A program made the translations under genes and the position numbers. A stretch of 64,000 nucleotides of DNA, from contig CAVUVW010000005.1 of the NCBI GenBank assembly GCA_963745035.1, positions 32,001 to 96,000 on the forward strand. The letters run 5' to 3'. This document shows, one piece after another, positions 36,739 through 47,378 of this stretch. Position 1 is the stretch's first letter; each line of letters opens with the position of its first letter. The notes beneath the pieces are model-generated. The model saw nothing but the letters and a program-made list of their open reading frames with translations, was not told the origin of the DNA and ran no database searches. Source of the stretch: an uncultured delta proteobacterium. GTDB taxonomy: Bacteria > Desulfobacterota > Binatia > UBA9968.

Positions 36739-38469
36739 TTAATACTTGCGCTCCTCCGGCTGCCAGCGGGTAATCGTCACTGGCAGGTATTCGATTCTCG
36801 GGCCATCGGGCGTTCGGTAGGCAACAGTATGTTTCAGAAAGTTTGCGTCGTCCCGTTTCGGAAAGTCCGTCCGAGTATGAGAACCGCGCGACTCCCTGCG
36901 CTTGAGCGCGGAATTTGCGACGGTCTCGGCCACGTCGAGCATGTAGTCCAGCTCGAGCGCGTTCATCACTTCGGTGTTGAACGTGCTGTCTCGATCTTCG
37001 ACGATGATGTTCTTAAAACGCTCGCGCAGAGATCTCAGCGCGTTGCAAGTCTTCTCCATGCTCTGTTCTTCGCGATAGATTCCTGCGCCTTCCTCCATGG
37101 TTTTTTGCATCTCTTGGCGAATCGTAGCGATTTTTTCCTTGCCGCCGTCCTTCTTCAAGAACTCGCGATCGAGACGCTTTTGTTCGTCGGCCGCGAGCGC
37201 TTCGATTTTTGCCGAGGCGGGCGCCGAAGCGGCGGAGGCATAGGTCGCTGCAGAGCGGCCTGCCCGATTGCCAAAGACCAATAGCTCGGTCAGAGAGTTG
37301 GAACCCAAACGGTTAGCGCCGTTAAGCGAAACGCACGCGGTTTCACCCGCGGCGTAGAGTCCTTGGATCGCCGTTTTAGCGTTGATATCCGTCGAGATGC
37401 CTCCCATCATGTAATGCACCACCGGGCGCACCGGAATGGGCTCATGAACCGGGTCGATGCCGACGTACTTGCTCGCTAGCTCTCGGACAAAGGGCAGTTT
37501 CTTGTCGATCACTTCCTCGCCCAAGTGGCGCAGGTCGAGATGCACATAATGGCCGTAGGGACCCTCGAAGGTGCGGCCTTTGGCGAATTCCTGCATATGA
37601 CAACGCGATAGAATGTCACGCGGCCCGAGCTCCATTTTGCGGTGCGTGGGCGTATCGGTCGGCGGGCCGAGTCCGTAGTCTTGGAGATAGCGGTAGCCGT
37701 CTTTGTTCCTCAGCCATCCGCCTTCACCGCGCGATGCTTCGGTAATCAAGATGCCGGTTCCCGGCAATCCCGTGGGATGGTACTGGACGAACTCCATGTC
37801 TTTGAGCGGCACTCCGGCGCGATAGGCTGCCGCCATGCCATCGCCGGTGTTGATCGCGGCGTTGGTGGTGAAAGGGAAGATGCGGCCTCCTCCTCCCGTA
37901 CATAGGATAACGCTTTTGCCGGCGATGACTTCCACTTTGCCGGTATAAAGATTGATCGATGTGACCCCGCACACTTTGCCGTCGTCGACCAACAACGAAG
38001 TGAGGAAACACTCATCGTAGCGGACGATGCTCTCGTACTTCAGGGAAGTCTGGAAGAGGCTGTGGAGCAAGTGAAAGCCGGTTTTGTCCGCGGCAAAAAG
38101 CGTGCGATCGACGCTCATGCCGCCGAAGGACCTGACGCTTACACGACCGTCAGGATCGCGGCTCCACGGGCAACCCCAGTGCTCCAATTGGATAAGTTCG
38201 CCAGGAGCTTCTTGGACAAAAGCCTCGACCGCATCTTGGTCCGCCAGGAAGTCCGCACCAAAAATAGTGTCCTTTGCATGGAGATCGAGGCTATCGAAGT
38301 CGCGCATGACTGCCGCGGTTCCCCCTTCCGCGGAAACCGTGTGACTTCTCATCGGATAAACCTTGGAGACTAGTGCGATCGATAGCTTATTCGATATCTC
38401 TGCTGCGGCTATGGCGGCACGCAGGCCGGCACCTCCGCCGCCAACGATTACGATGTCATGGGTAAACAT
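36739..38469 (-). CDS. frdA: Fumarate reductase flavoprotein subunit
   Basis: [50 protein letters not shown]. Confidence 0.93.
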   Translation of the reverse strand: MFTHDIVIVGGGGAGLRAAIAAAEISNKLSIALVSKVYPMRSHTVSAEGGTAAVMRDFDSLDLHAKDTIFGADFLADQDAVEAFVQEAPGELIQLEHWGCPWSRDPDGRVSVRSFGGMSVDRTLFAADKTGFHLLHSLFQTSLKYESIVRYDECFLTSLLVDDGKVCGVTSINLYTGKVEVIAGKSVILCTGGGGRIFPFTTNAAINTGDGMAAAYRAGVPLKDMEFVQYHPTGLPGTGILITEASRGEGGWLRNKDGYRYLQDYGLGPPTDTPTHRKMELGPRDILSRCHMQEFAKGRTFEGPYGHYVHLDLRHLGEEVIDKKLPFVRELASKYVGIDPVHEPIPVRPVVHYMMGGISTDINAKTAIQGLYAAGETACVSLNGANRLGSNSLTELLVFGNRAGRSAATYASAASAPASAKIEALAADEQKRLDREFLKKDGGKEKIATIRQEMQKTMEEGAGIYREEQSMEKTCNALRSLRERFKNIIVEDRDSTFNTEVMNALELDYMLDVAETVANSALKRRESRGSHTRTDFPKRDDANFLKHTVAYRTPDGPRIEYLPVTITRWQPEERKY

Positions 38470-38479
38470 TTCGAGTTGT

Positions 38480-38506
38480 ATTATATGCTGACCCGCTAGG
38501 TGTCAA
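38480..38506 (-). promoter_or_regulatory. Consensus-hexamer promoter of frdA
   Basis: TTGACA-N15-TATAAT, 10 nt before the ATG; the spacer is short (possible indel error). Confidence 0.45.
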
Positions 38507-38622
38507 GGCAGTGATTCGATTAGAGAACAATTTTCCATTCGTACGGTCAAGCGGGATCTTGGCTGCACGAACTACTCTGTCGATCTTTCTTGGAGACGCA
38601 AAGAAAATAGTAAGAATCGGTC

Positions 38623-38954
38623 TTACTTTGCCGGCTGAGCACTGGCTTCTTTGGCCCGGTCTGCGGCTTCGAGCTTCATGTACTGCTCGACGATCTGCGG
38701 CACATCCGCTTTCGTTACTTTCATATACCAGAGCCCTTCGGGCCAAATCATCATATTGGGGCCGAAAGCGCAGACGTCCAGACAGCCCGACCTGACCATG
38801 CGAATCTTGCCTTTTAGGTTGCGTGCTTTGGTGACTTTGCGCAGCTCTTCGACAACCTCTTCGAGCCACTGTAGCCGCATGATGGGCTTTCGCCGTTCCG
38901 ATTGTTGACGCAGACATGAATTTGTCGGACATATGGCTGCGTCCGTTGAATCAT
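38623..38954 (-). CDS. Thioredoxin-like [2Fe-2S] ferredoxin (frameshift near 38860)
   Basis: Reconstructed MIQRTQPYVRQIHVCVNNRNGESPSCG...RSGCLDVCAFGPNMMIWPEGLWY with four Cys ligands. Confidence 0.85.
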
Positions 38955-39118
38955 GAATTCTCCCTTCGCATGATAGAATCATTGAGTTTATAACAAAAAA
39001 AATAATGGTTTGCACGCGTGCCCTTGGCAGCAAACCACACACTCGGCGGACTCATGTCGAAGCCGACTCCGACTTCTGTTTTCGTTTCCCTCTCCCATTA
39101 TGATAACAAATCAATCCT

Positions 39119-39802
39119 ATGAGAGCTCTCGACGAGCTACACCGCAATATAACGAACTGCCGCCGTTGTCCGCGCCTCGTCCGCTGGCGCGAGGTGTCGG
39201 CAAAGAAGCCGCCGCGCCGGTATGTTGGGCAGGACTACTGGGCCAAGCCGCTCGCCGGCTTCGGCGATCCGAACGCGCGGCTCTTGATCGTCGGTTTGGC
39301 GCCGGCGGCGCACGGCGGCAATCGCACCGGCCGGATGTTCACCGGCGACCGCAGCGGTGATTGGCTCTACGGCGCGCTCCATGCCGCCGGCTTTGCCAAT
39401 CAAGCCAACTCGGAACGGCGCGACGACGGCTTAAAGCTCCGCGACTGCTACATCACGGCGGCGGTGCATTGCGCGCCGCCTGCCAACAAGCCCGCGTTGG
39501 TCGAATTTCGGCGCTGCCGGCCGTTCCTAGTACAGGAGCTGAAACTTTTTGGGGAAGCGCGGGTGGTGATCGTCCTCGGCAAGATCGCTTTCGATTCCTT
39601 CTTGGCTGCGCATCAGGAAAACGGCGGCGTCGTGCCCAAGCCGCGGCCGAAGTTCGGCCACGGCGTAAGCGTGCTGTTGCCGGATAACGTCCGACTGATC
39701 TGCTCGTATCATCCAAGCCAGCAAAACACGTTCACCGGCAAGCTCACGCGGCCCATGTTCCAGAGCATCTTCGATCAAGCGCGCGCCGCGCTGGACGGCT
39801 GA
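39119..39802 (+). CDS. Uracil-DNA glycosylase family 5 (UdgB-like)
   Basis: CRRCPRL, GLAPAAHGGNRTGRMFTGD, YHPSQQNT. Confidence 0.92.
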   Translation: MRALDELHRNITNCRRCPRLVRWREVSAKKPPRRYVGQDYWAKPLAGFGDPNARLLIVGLAPAAHGGNRTGRMFTGDRSGDWLYGALHAAGFANQANSERRDDGLKLRDCYITAAVHCAPPANKPALVEFRRCRPFLVQELKLFGEARVVIVLGKIAFDSFLAAHQENGGVVPKPRPKFGHGVSVLLPDNVRLICSYHPSQQNTFTGKLTRPMFQSIFDQARAALDG

Positions 39803-39823
39803 TCTCGCTACGGGTAAGATTTT

Positions 39824-39858
39824 AAAAGTACAAAAGCAAAAATTAAAAGAGGCAAGAG
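39824..39858 (+). repeat. A-rich heptamer-like tandem repeat
   Basis: taaaagta caaaagc aaaaatt aaaaga ggcaaga. Confidence 0.4.
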
Positions 39859-39889
39859 AAAAAACTTGCGGCGATGTTCGGGGGATTTC

Positions 39890-42769
39890 ATGGCCACAGG
39901 CAGGGACTATTTCGAGATCGAGGCGGAGCTCAAGAAGCGGATCGAAGGCGATATTCGCTTCGACCGTTATTCGCGCCTGCTCTATTCGACCGACGCGTCG
40001 ATTTATCAGATCGAGCCGATCGGCGTGGTCGTGCCGCGCCACAAGGGCGACGTTCAGGCGGCCATCGAGATCGCCAATAAACTTGGCGTGACCTTGTTGC
40101 CGCGCGGCGGCGGAACCTCCCTTGCCGGGCAGGCGGTCGGACATTCGATCGTGCTCGATTTTTCCAAGTACATGCAGAACGTCCTGGAGGTCAATCGTGA
40201 AGAGCTGTGGTGCCGCGTGCAGCCGGGCTTGGTCCAAGATGAGTTGAATGCTCATGTCCGTGGGATGGGATTGCAGTTTGGTCCCGACACCTCGACTTCG
40301 AACCGAGCCACCATCGGCGGCATGATCGGCAACAATTCCGCCGGCGCCCATTCGCTGACTTACGGCAAAACGCTGGACCACGTCATCGAGTTGACCGTGC
40401 TGCTCGCAGACGGCAGTGAAGTGGTGTTGAAGGATGTCGCGCCGGACGAGGTCGAAAGGAAAAGCCGCGCCGATAGCATCGAGGGCCGCGCTTATCGCGA
40501 GGTGTTTCGGCTGGCGCAGCAGCACAAGAGCGAGATCCTGTCGCGCTATCCAAAAATCATGCGGCGCGTGTCCGGGTATAATTTGGACGAATTCATTAAG
40601 CCCCAACGGTTCAACCTATCGCGCATGCTGGTGGGTTCCGAGGGTACCTTGGCGACCGTCGTCGAGGCCAAGATGCGCTTGGTCCCCAAGCCCAAATGGA
40701 CAGCGATGGATGTCATTCACTTCAACGACGACATCGAAGCACTGGAAGCATCGCAGGCGATTCTCGAAACGGCGCCCTACGCGTTGGAGTCCACCGACAA
40801 GATGATTCTCAACCTGGCACGGGGGAACATCGTGCAATCGCAGCGTTTGGGGTTTGTGCAAGGAAACCCCAGTTCTCTACTGATGGTCGAGTATGCCGGC
40901 GAGACCGAAAAAGAAGTGAGGGAGCAAGTCGAAAGACTCGAAGAAGTGCGTAGGCGCGAGAAGATCGGCTACGCCTCTACGCTTGCGTTTAGTCCGGAGG
41001 AGGTCAAGTCGATCTGGGGCGTGCGCAAGGCAGGACTGGGGTTGTTGCTTGGCACCACGGGCGACAAGAAGCCGATTGCTTTCGTCGAGGATGCTGCGGT
41101 GGCGCCGGCAAAATTGCCGGAATTTATTCGGCGCTTCCGAGAAATCGTTTCACGCCATGATACGGTCGCGGGCTACTATGGCCACTGCTCGGTGGGCTGC
41201 ATGCATATCCGGCCGCTGATCAATCTGAAAGAGATTAGTGAAAAAGCCAAAATGGTATCGATCGCCAATGAGATTTGCGATCTGGTGCTGGAATTCGACG
41301 GCGCCATGTCCGGCGAGCATGGCGACGGATTGGCGCGCAGCCACTTCAACGCGAAGTTATTCGGTCCGGCGCTCTACGACGCGTTCCGCCAAATCAAGCG
41401 CGCCTTCGATCCGAAAAATCTCATGAACCCCGGAAAAATTGTCGATTCGCCGGCGATGACCGAGTCGCTCAAGATCAGCCCGCAATACAAAGCATGGGAG
41501 CCGACCACTACCCTGAATTTTAGCGAGCAGGGCGGTTTCGCGCGCGCCGTGGAGATGTGCAGCGGTATGGGCGAATGCCGCAAAAAACTCGACGGCACCA
41601 TGTGTCCGTCGTACATGGGAACTCTCGACGAAGAACACTCGACTCGCGGCCGCGCCAACGCGCTCAGAAACGCGATTTCGGGCAGAGCTCCTGAGCAGGA
41701 ATTCACCGGCAAGCGCCTTTATGAAGTGATGGATCTCTGCCTGGAGTGCAAAGCCTGTAAGGCGGAGTGTCCCTCCAACGTCGATATGGCGAAGCTCAAG
41801 TACGAGTTTCTCGATCACTATCACCGCGCCAACGGCTTGCCGCTGCGCAACAGGATTTTCGGCAGGATCGAGAGCTTGAATCGCGTCGGTGCCAAACTGG
41901 CGCCGGTATCGAACTGGGTGGTTCGTTCGCCTGTTAACCGATGGTTGATGGAACTGTTCGCCGGAGTTGATCGGCGCCGCCCTCTGCCGCAGTTTGCCCA
42001 GGAAACTTTCGAAGACTGGTTCCGCAAATACAAAGCGGAAGGGGATGGGTCCAAGGGTGACGTGGTTTTGTTTCACGACACCTTCAATAATTACAACACC
42101 CCTAATGTTGCGACAGCGGCAACACGTTTTCTGGAGAAATCGGGTTATCGCGTGCTGCTCGTCGATAAGAAATGCTGCGGCCGGCCGATGATTTCCAAAG
42201 GCATGCTCAGCCAAGCCAAGGAAAACGCCGCATGGAATGTCGACAAACTGGCGGTGTACGCCGAGAAAGGAACGCCGATCGTCGGACTGGAGCCGTCCTG
42301 CTTGCTCACCTTACGCGACGAGTATCCCGAGTTCATCCGCACGAGCGCAGCGAAGAAAGTGGCCGAAAACAGCTTCCTCTTGGAAGAGTTTGTCATGCGT
42401 GAACGCCGACAGGGTAGATTTACTCTTAATGCAAACGCCAACGGCAAAAAAGCGCTGCTGCATGGGCATTGCCATCAAAAGGCGCTTGTCGGCACGGCGC
42501 CGACCATTGCGATGCTAAAAGCGGCCGGCTACGAGGTGAGCGAAGTCGACTCGGGTTGCTGCGGCATGGCCGGCTCATTCGGCTTTGAGAAAGAGCATTA
42601 CGATCTCTCGACAAAAATCGCCACCCGCCGTTTGGTGCCGGCTATTCAAGCGTCAGGGCAGGAAATCGAAATTGTCGCGCCTGGAATTTCCTGCAGACAG
42701 CAGATTGATCATCTGGCGGGAAGAAAAGCCAGGCATCCAGCGGAGCTGATGTTGGAAGCAATCAGCTGA
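39890..42769 (+). CDS. FAD-linked oxidase/4Fe-4S/CCG-domain oxidoreductase (GlcD-GlcF fusion, YdiJ-like)
   Basis: PRGGGTSLAGQ, GSEGTL, GEHGDG, FDPKNLMNPGK, CLECKACKAECP, CCG motifs. Confidence 0.92.
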   Translation: MATGRDYFEIEAELKKRIEGDIRFDRYSRLLYSTDASIYQIEPIGVVVPRHKGDVQAAIEIANKLGVTLLPRGGGTSLAGQAVGHSIVLDFSKYMQNVLEVNREELWCRVQPGLVQDELNAHVRGMGLQFGPDTSTSNRATIGGMIGNNSAGAHSLTYGKTLDHVIELTVLLADGSEVVLKDVAPDEVERKSRADSIEGRAYREVFRLAQQHKSEILSRYPKIMRRVSGYNLDEFIKPQRFNLSRMLVGSEGTLATVVEAKMRLVPKPKWTAMDVIHFNDDIEALEASQAILETAPYALESTDKMILNLARGNIVQSQRLGFVQGNPSSLLMVEYAGETEKEVREQVERLEEVRRREKIGYASTLAFSPEEVKSIWGVRKAGLGLLLGTTGDKKPIAFVEDAAVAPAKLPEFIRRFREIVSRHDTVAGYYGHCSVGCMHIRPLINLKEISEKAKMVSIANEICDLVLEFDGAMSGEHGDGLARSHFNAKLFGPALYDAFRQIKRAFDPKNLMNPGKIVDSPAMTESLKISPQYKAWEPTTTLNFSEQGGFARAVEMCSGMGECRKKLDGTMCPSYMGTLDEEHSTRGRANALRNAISGRAPEQEFTGKRLYEVMDLCLECKACKAECPSNVDMAKLKYEFLDHYHRANGLPLRNRIFGRIESLNRVGAKLAPVSNWVVRSPVNRWLMELFAGVDRRRPLPQFAQETFEDWFRKYKAEGDGSKGDVVLFHDTFNNYNTPNVATAATRFLEKSGYRVLLVDKKCCGRPMISKGMLSQAKENAAWNVDKLAVYAEKGTPIVGLEPSCLLTLRDEYPEFIRTSAAKKVAENSFLLEEFVMRERRQGRFTLNANANGKKALLHGHCHQKALVGTAPTIAMLKAAGYEVSEVDSGCCGMAGSFGFEKEHYDLSTKIATRRLVPAIQASGQEIEIVAPGISCRQQIDHLAGRKARHPAELMLEAIS

Positions 42770-42824
42770 ACGGTTTTGAAGTGTTGATCTACTTTGGTCC
42801 GTTACGGCACGTAGCTACGCTTCC

Positions 42825-43949
42825 TCAAAAACTGCCCCAAGGTTGTATCCCCGGGTTTACTTCTGCCGTCAGCACACTGCCGTTGAAGCGTGCCGCGGGG
42901 ACATACAACTCCGCGTCATGAGCTTGTGCCATTCGTTCGACGACACTTTGGTGAATGCGCTGGCCGTCGCGTATCGCGCGCGGTTCTTTCTTTAGTTGTA
43001 ATGAAGCGGCAATCTTACCGATGACTCCGATACCCGCGTAAAACTCCGTGTAGGAGTCACGCATCAGGGCACGAGGACTGGTCACGTCGAAGCCGGGAAT
43101 GCCGCGGGCATCGAGGGGCAGGCCGGCGTCGCGCGCCGATTGCAGCATCCAGAAGAGCGCGATGTTGGAGAGATTGGCATCGAAGTAGCCGCCGCCGACG
43201 TTGGTGTGACAGCCGCTGAACCAGACTTCGTCCACGCGGGTCTCGGCCGTCGCCGGCAACTCCCAGAACGCCGGCTCGAAACGCTCGCGTTCCTCGTCCA
43301 GCGCCAGCGCATGGGCGACGCGTTTCACGTTGGCCGGACTGATGCGGTGAAAATTGCCCAAGGTCCGACCGAAGGCGAGCGCGCCCACGGTATCCCAGAC
43401 GCCCAAAAAGTCGATTGCGGCGTCCACGGTTCCGTAGACCGATTTATCGATCGGGCTGGTATCCATATAGGCATCGTAGAGATCCAGAACTTCCTCTTCC
43501 TTGAGCGCGCGCGGCTCCATCGGCAAACCGGCGAGGTCGATGAAGCCGGCGAGGCTGCGGACGGCGAAAGCGCCGCGGCTAAAGCCGAAGGCGAAAATCC
43601 GATCGCCCGGACGGTATCTTTCCGCGAGAAACCGATAGGCGTCGCGGATGCGCTCTGAAGTGCCGGTGCCGGTGGCGCCTTCGAGGACTTGGTGCTTCAC
43701 GGTGCCGCTGGTGCCGATGCCCGCCAGATAAACGACTTCGCCTTCGACTCCGGTAAAAAGAATTTTCGGCTTTATCGGCGCGATGGAGCCGTAATAGAAA
43801 GTTCGGGCGAGGGCCCGATTGGCCAGCGCCTCCCAGGTTCTTACGAGGTTGGACGATGCCGCTTTTTCCTCGGCGCTCACCGGGTCCTTGTCGCGCTGCC
43901 CCGGTTGGTTCCAGGTACCGTCGATGCAAACAATCCAGGTTTTCGCCAT
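42825..43949 (-). CDS. DUF2235 / Tle1-like alpha-beta hydrolase
   Basis: CIDGTWN, GFSRGA, GVWDTV, HALALDE, WFSGCHTNVGGG. Confidence 0.88.
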   Translation of the reverse strand: MAKTWIVCIDGTWNQPGQRDKDPVSAEEKAASSNLVRTWEALANRALARTFYYGSIAPIKPKILFTGVEGEVVYLAGIGTSGTVKHQVLEGATGTGTSERIRDAYRFLAERYRPGDRIFAFGFSRGAFAVRSLAGFIDLAGLPMEPRALKEEEVLDLYDAYMDTSPIDKSVYGTVDAAIDFLGVWDTVGALAFGRTLGNFHRISPANVKRVAHALALDEERERFEPAFWELPATAETRVDEVWFSGCHTNVGGGYFDANLSNIALFWMLQSARDAGLPLDARGIPGFDVTSPRALMRDSYTEFYAGIGVIGKIAASLQLKKEPRAIRDGQRIHQSVVERMAQAHDAELYVPAARFNGSVLTAEVNPGIQPWGSF

Positions 43950-44179
43950 GATCTTCTCCAGTGAAAATAGAACGCGGGGGTTCTTCACGTCCCGCCATGA
44001 AGCGGGATGGAAAATACCGGAGCAAGGATACCAAATCTTCATGGCCGCGCGCGAGAGAATTTCCGAACTTGGTAGTAACTCATTTGGTTGACGGGGTCTT
44101 GATCAAGAGTCGCAGTAAAAAAGTTGTTAGCCTGTCATAACAATTGTGACGTTCAGTCATTTGGTTTACTTTGAAATGA

Positions 44180-44195
44180 TGTGATGTTTCTCAAA
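44180..44195. promoter_or_regulatory. Possible CRP-family binding site
   Basis: TGTGA-N6-TCAAA in the AT-rich divergent intergenic region. Confidence 0.3.
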
Positions 44196-44293
44196 GCCAT
44201 TCCCGCATCGAGCAGCGAGCGGCGGAGAATGTACGGCGATTGATCCGGGCAATGGCGGAAGTTTTTAGCAAGCGTTGCAGACGAGGGGGCGCG

Positions 44294-44638
44294 ATGAAAC
44301 GCAAGCTGGGGTTCGTTTTGGCGATCTTATTTACTCTCGCTCTCGACGCGACGGGGGCGTCCGCCGACATGCAGGAGGATATAGATCGCGCTGTATCGAT
44401 TATCGAGCGCTTTCAGGAGATACCGGAGTCGGCGATTCCGCCGGCGGCGATCTACACGTACGGCCGCAACCAAGGCATTTTTGGCGGCGTGTCGTTGGAA
44501 GGGACGGTCATCGCAACCCGCTATTCAGCTAATGAGGAATACTACGGCAAGCCGATGTTCCCCGCCGATATTCTCGCGGGCAACGTCAAGCCGCCGCCGA
44601 GCGCCCAGAAACTGCTCGACGTCTTATCGAAATACTGA
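44294..44638 (+). pseudogene. SYLF/Ysc84-domain secreted protein with apparent in-frame internal deletion
   Basis: Signal peptide, ...EIPESAIPPA fused directly to AIYTYGRNQGIFGGVSLEG...ANEEYYG; the central Gly-rich SYLF core is absent. Confidence 0.65.
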
Positions 44639-44680
44639 GTTCTTCTTGCCCGTCGTCGGGCGACTCAAATCGTTCCTCGC

Positions 44681-45661
44681 TTACTTGATCTGCTTCGCGC
44701 GCGTATACGGGCCGGCGTCAAAGGCGCCGTCAGGCGCGTCTTTGGCGCCGCCGCCGGCGGCTTTCACGATGTCGTACATCTTTTTCAGCGAAGCGATGTC
44801 CGCGGCTTCGAAGCTCGCGATGTAGGCGCCGTCCCACTGATCGGCGTAAGCGCGCGCGTCGGTGGCGTTCATGTTCGCCGCTTTCTGGAGAATTTCGGCG
44901 ACGCGCGGCTTATTCTTGGAGCCGTATTGCAGCGCGTTGCGGGTGGCGGCGATAAACTTCGCCGCAGGCTCCGGATTCTTGGCGAGATAGTCGCTGTGCA
45001 CGATGGTCACGGCGAGGATCGGCGGCGCATTGCCTTTGGTGAGTTTTTTCCACTCATCGACGATGCTGGCCAGTCGCCGCAGCTTGGTTCCTTCCAACTG
45101 CGCAAGCGTCACCGAACGCAGCACTCCCGCGTCGATTTCCTTCTGCGTCAAGAACTGCGCGAGCTGGGCTTCATTGCCTGGCGCGACGCTGTATTGGTTC
45201 GGCTTGAGACCGAAATTGTTTTCGAGGATCGCCGTGGCGAGCGCGTGGGTCGCGCTGCCGGCCGGCGACATGCCGATCTTTCTGCCCTTGAGCTCGCTCA
45301 CCGACTTGATCGGCGCGCCGTCGAGGACGGCGATCTGCGCTTCGGCGATCTGCGTCGCGAGCACGATCTTCACCGGCACGCCGTCGGCGGCGATGCCGAT
45401 GGAGTTGGTCGAGGGCGCGGCAAAGGCGATATCGATGGCGTTGGAGACGATCGCCCGGGTCGGCCCGTTGACCTCGGCGAATTTCACCCATTCGACGCCG
45501 AGCCCCTGGCTTTCGGCGAATTTCATCTGCTCCATCACCGCGCCGAAGCCGAGGCTGAAGCCGCTCGTCCAGTAACCGACCTTCATCTTTTGCCCGGCGA
45601 CCGAACCGGGAGCAAACACGGCCAGGAACACCGCCGCAGCGATCAGTTTCATCGTTGTCAT
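44681..45661 (-). CDS. ABC transporter substrate-binding protein (NitT/TauT/SsuA type)
   Basis: Signal peptide, IKSVSELKGRKIG, linked to permease and ATPase. Confidence 0.88.
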   Translation of the reverse strand: MTTMKLIAAAVFLAVFAPGSVAGQKMKVGYWTSGFSLGFGAVMEQMKFAESQGLGVEWVKFAEVNGPTRAIVSNAIDIAFAAPSTNSIGIAADGVPVKIVLATQIAEAQIAVLDGAPIKSVSELKGRKIGMSPAGSATHALATAILENNFGLKPNQYSVAPGNEAQLAQFLTQKEIDAGVLRSVTLAQLEGTKLRRLASIVDEWKKLTKGNAPPILAVTIVHSDYLAKNPEPAAKFIAATRNALQYGSKNKPRVAEILQKAANMNATDARAYADQWDGAYIASFEAADIASLKKMYDIVKAAGGGAKDAPDGAFDAGPYTRAKQIK

Positions 45662-45693
45662 TTTTCCTCCCGTGTATTGAAGATGAATCCCGT

Positions 45694-46488
45694 TCAAATC
45701 AGCGCGCGCAGGCGCTGCATACAGCTTGCCACTTCGGGCTGAGTAATTTCGCGGGGGCGCGGCGGGGAAATGTGGACGACTTCCCGAATCGTTCCCGGCC
45801 GCGGCGACATGACCGCGACTTGATCGGCCAACAGCGCCGCCTCCGCTACGTCGTGGGTCACGAACACGACGGTCATGCCCTTCAGCCGGTGGATGCGCAG
45901 CAGCTCGTCGTGCATGAGGCCGCGCGTCTGCGCATCGAGGCGAGAAAAGGGCTCGTCCATCAGCAGAATGCGCGGCTCGGTCACGAGGCTGCGGGCGAGC
46001 GCGACGCGACTGCGCATGCCGCCGGAAAGCTGATAGGGAAACGCGTCTTTGAAGCCTTTCAGCTCGACGAGATCGAGGGTTGCGAGCGCCCGGCGCGCGC
46101 GTTCCTTAGCCGCCGTCGAGCCGGCTTCCAGCGCGAACTCGACGTTGCGCATGGCGGTGCGCCACGGGAGCAGGCGATCGTCCTGGAACATGTAGCTGAC
46201 CGAGCCCCAGTCGTTGAACTCTTCGCCGGCGGCGCCGCAGATGCAGACCTGCCCGCGGTCGGGCTTCAAGATGCCGGAAATGATGTTGAGCAACGTGCTC
46301 TTGCCCGAGCCCGATGCGCCGATCAGGCCGACGATCGCCTGGGGCGGCACCGTGAGGTTGACGTTTTTGAGCACCGCCAGCGCGTGACCGTTGTTGGCGA
46401 AAGTCTTGTCGATGCCGCTCAGCCGGATCGCTGCCTGCGCCGACCCCGCTTCGTCGCAATTCTGTTCGATGAGTTCGCTGCGGCTCAT
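45694..46488 (-). CDS. ABC transporter ATP-binding protein (NitT/TauT)
   Basis: GASGSGKST, FQDDRLLPW, LSGGM, LMDEPF, VTHD. Confidence 0.92.
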   Translation of the reverse strand: MSRSELIEQNCDEAGSAQAAIRLSGIDKTFANNGHALAVLKNVNLTVPPQAIVGLIGASGSGKSTLLNIISGILKPDRGQVCICGAAGEEFNDWGSVSYMFQDDRLLPWRTAMRNVEFALEAGSTAAKERARRALATLDLVELKGFKDAFPYQLSGGMRSRVALARSLVTEPRILLMDEPFSRLDAQTRGLMHDELLRIHRLKGMTVVFVTHDVAEAALLADQVAVMSPRPGTIREVVHISPPRPREITQPEVASCMQRLRALI

Positions 46489-46497
46489 AGCGCCCGA

Positions 46498-47313
46498 TCA
46501 TTGCGCCTCGGCGCTCTTTTTCCAACGGAACAAATAATTTTCCAGCGGCTTAAGCATGCCCATCTCGATAGTCGCCATCATGATCACGAGAGTCAAAGTC
46601 CAGGCGAACACCTGGTCGGTGCGAATCAGATCCGCGGCCTGGCGCAGGCGATAACCGACGCCGCTGGAGGAGCCGATGGTTTCGGCGACCAGCGAAACGC
46701 GCCAGCCGAAGCCGAACGCGAGCCTGGCGCCGGAGAAAAAGTAGGGAAGGATGGTCGGAAAATAGATCTTGGTCATGACCTTCCAGCGCGGCATGCGCAG
46801 CGACTGGGCAAGCTCAATGAAGTCGGCGTTGACCGTGCGCGTGCCTTGCCAGACGTTGGTGATGATCAGCGGCATCGCCGTCATGAATACCACAAAGATC
46901 GTCGTGGCGTTGGAAATGCCAAACCAGATGATGGCGAAGATCGCCCAGATCGCCGAAGAGACGGTGTTCAGCACCGGAAGAACCGGCTCGAAAAACTCGC
47001 CGGCGCGCTGGTTGGCACCGAGCACGATCCCGCACGGCAGTCCGATCAAGGCCGCGGCCACGAAGCCCGCCGCGACGCGCCAGAGCGTGACGGCAAGGTT
47101 GCTCCAGAGATCGCCGCTGCCGCCGATGAGCTGGAGCGCGTCCCAGACGCGCGCCGGTCCCGGCAGAATGTAGTGCGGCATGGAGCGGGACGCGAGCCAC
47201 CATAGGACGACCGCTGCGGCCGCCAATGCGACACGTTGGGCGATCAGATCGAGCCGCAGCCAATGGGAAAGCGGCTGCGCTGGCAGTTTGGTTTCGCTCG
47301 CTTCGCTGGCCAC
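46498..47313 (-). CDS. ABC transporter permease (NitT/TauT)
   Basis: LPGPARV, TLWRV, IELAQSL, LVAET...GVGY. Confidence 0.9.
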   Translation of the reverse strand: MASEASETKLPAQPLSHWLRLDLIAQRVALAAAAVVLWWLASRSMPHYILPGPARVWDALQLIGGSGDLWSNLAVTLWRVAAGFVAAALIGLPCGIVLGANQRAGEFFEPVLPVLNTVSSAIWAIFAIIWFGISNATTIFVVFMTAMPLIITNVWQGTRTVNADFIELAQSLRMPRWKVMTKIYFPTILPYFFSGARLAFGFGWRVSLVAETIGSSSGVGYRLRQAADLIRTDQVFAWTLTLVIMMATIEMGMLKPLENYLFRWKKSAEAQ

Positions 47314-47378
47314 GTTTGCCGCACCTCACCACCGAAACCGTAATGCCTTGATTCAGCCATGAATTTCTCACGATGTCA

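Noticed and set aside
38456-39042. ORF-track N-termini of the ferredoxin (139-aa and 158-aa ORFs)
   Set aside because: Artefacts of one indel; the real N-terminus with the first two Cys ligands starts at 38954 in another frame
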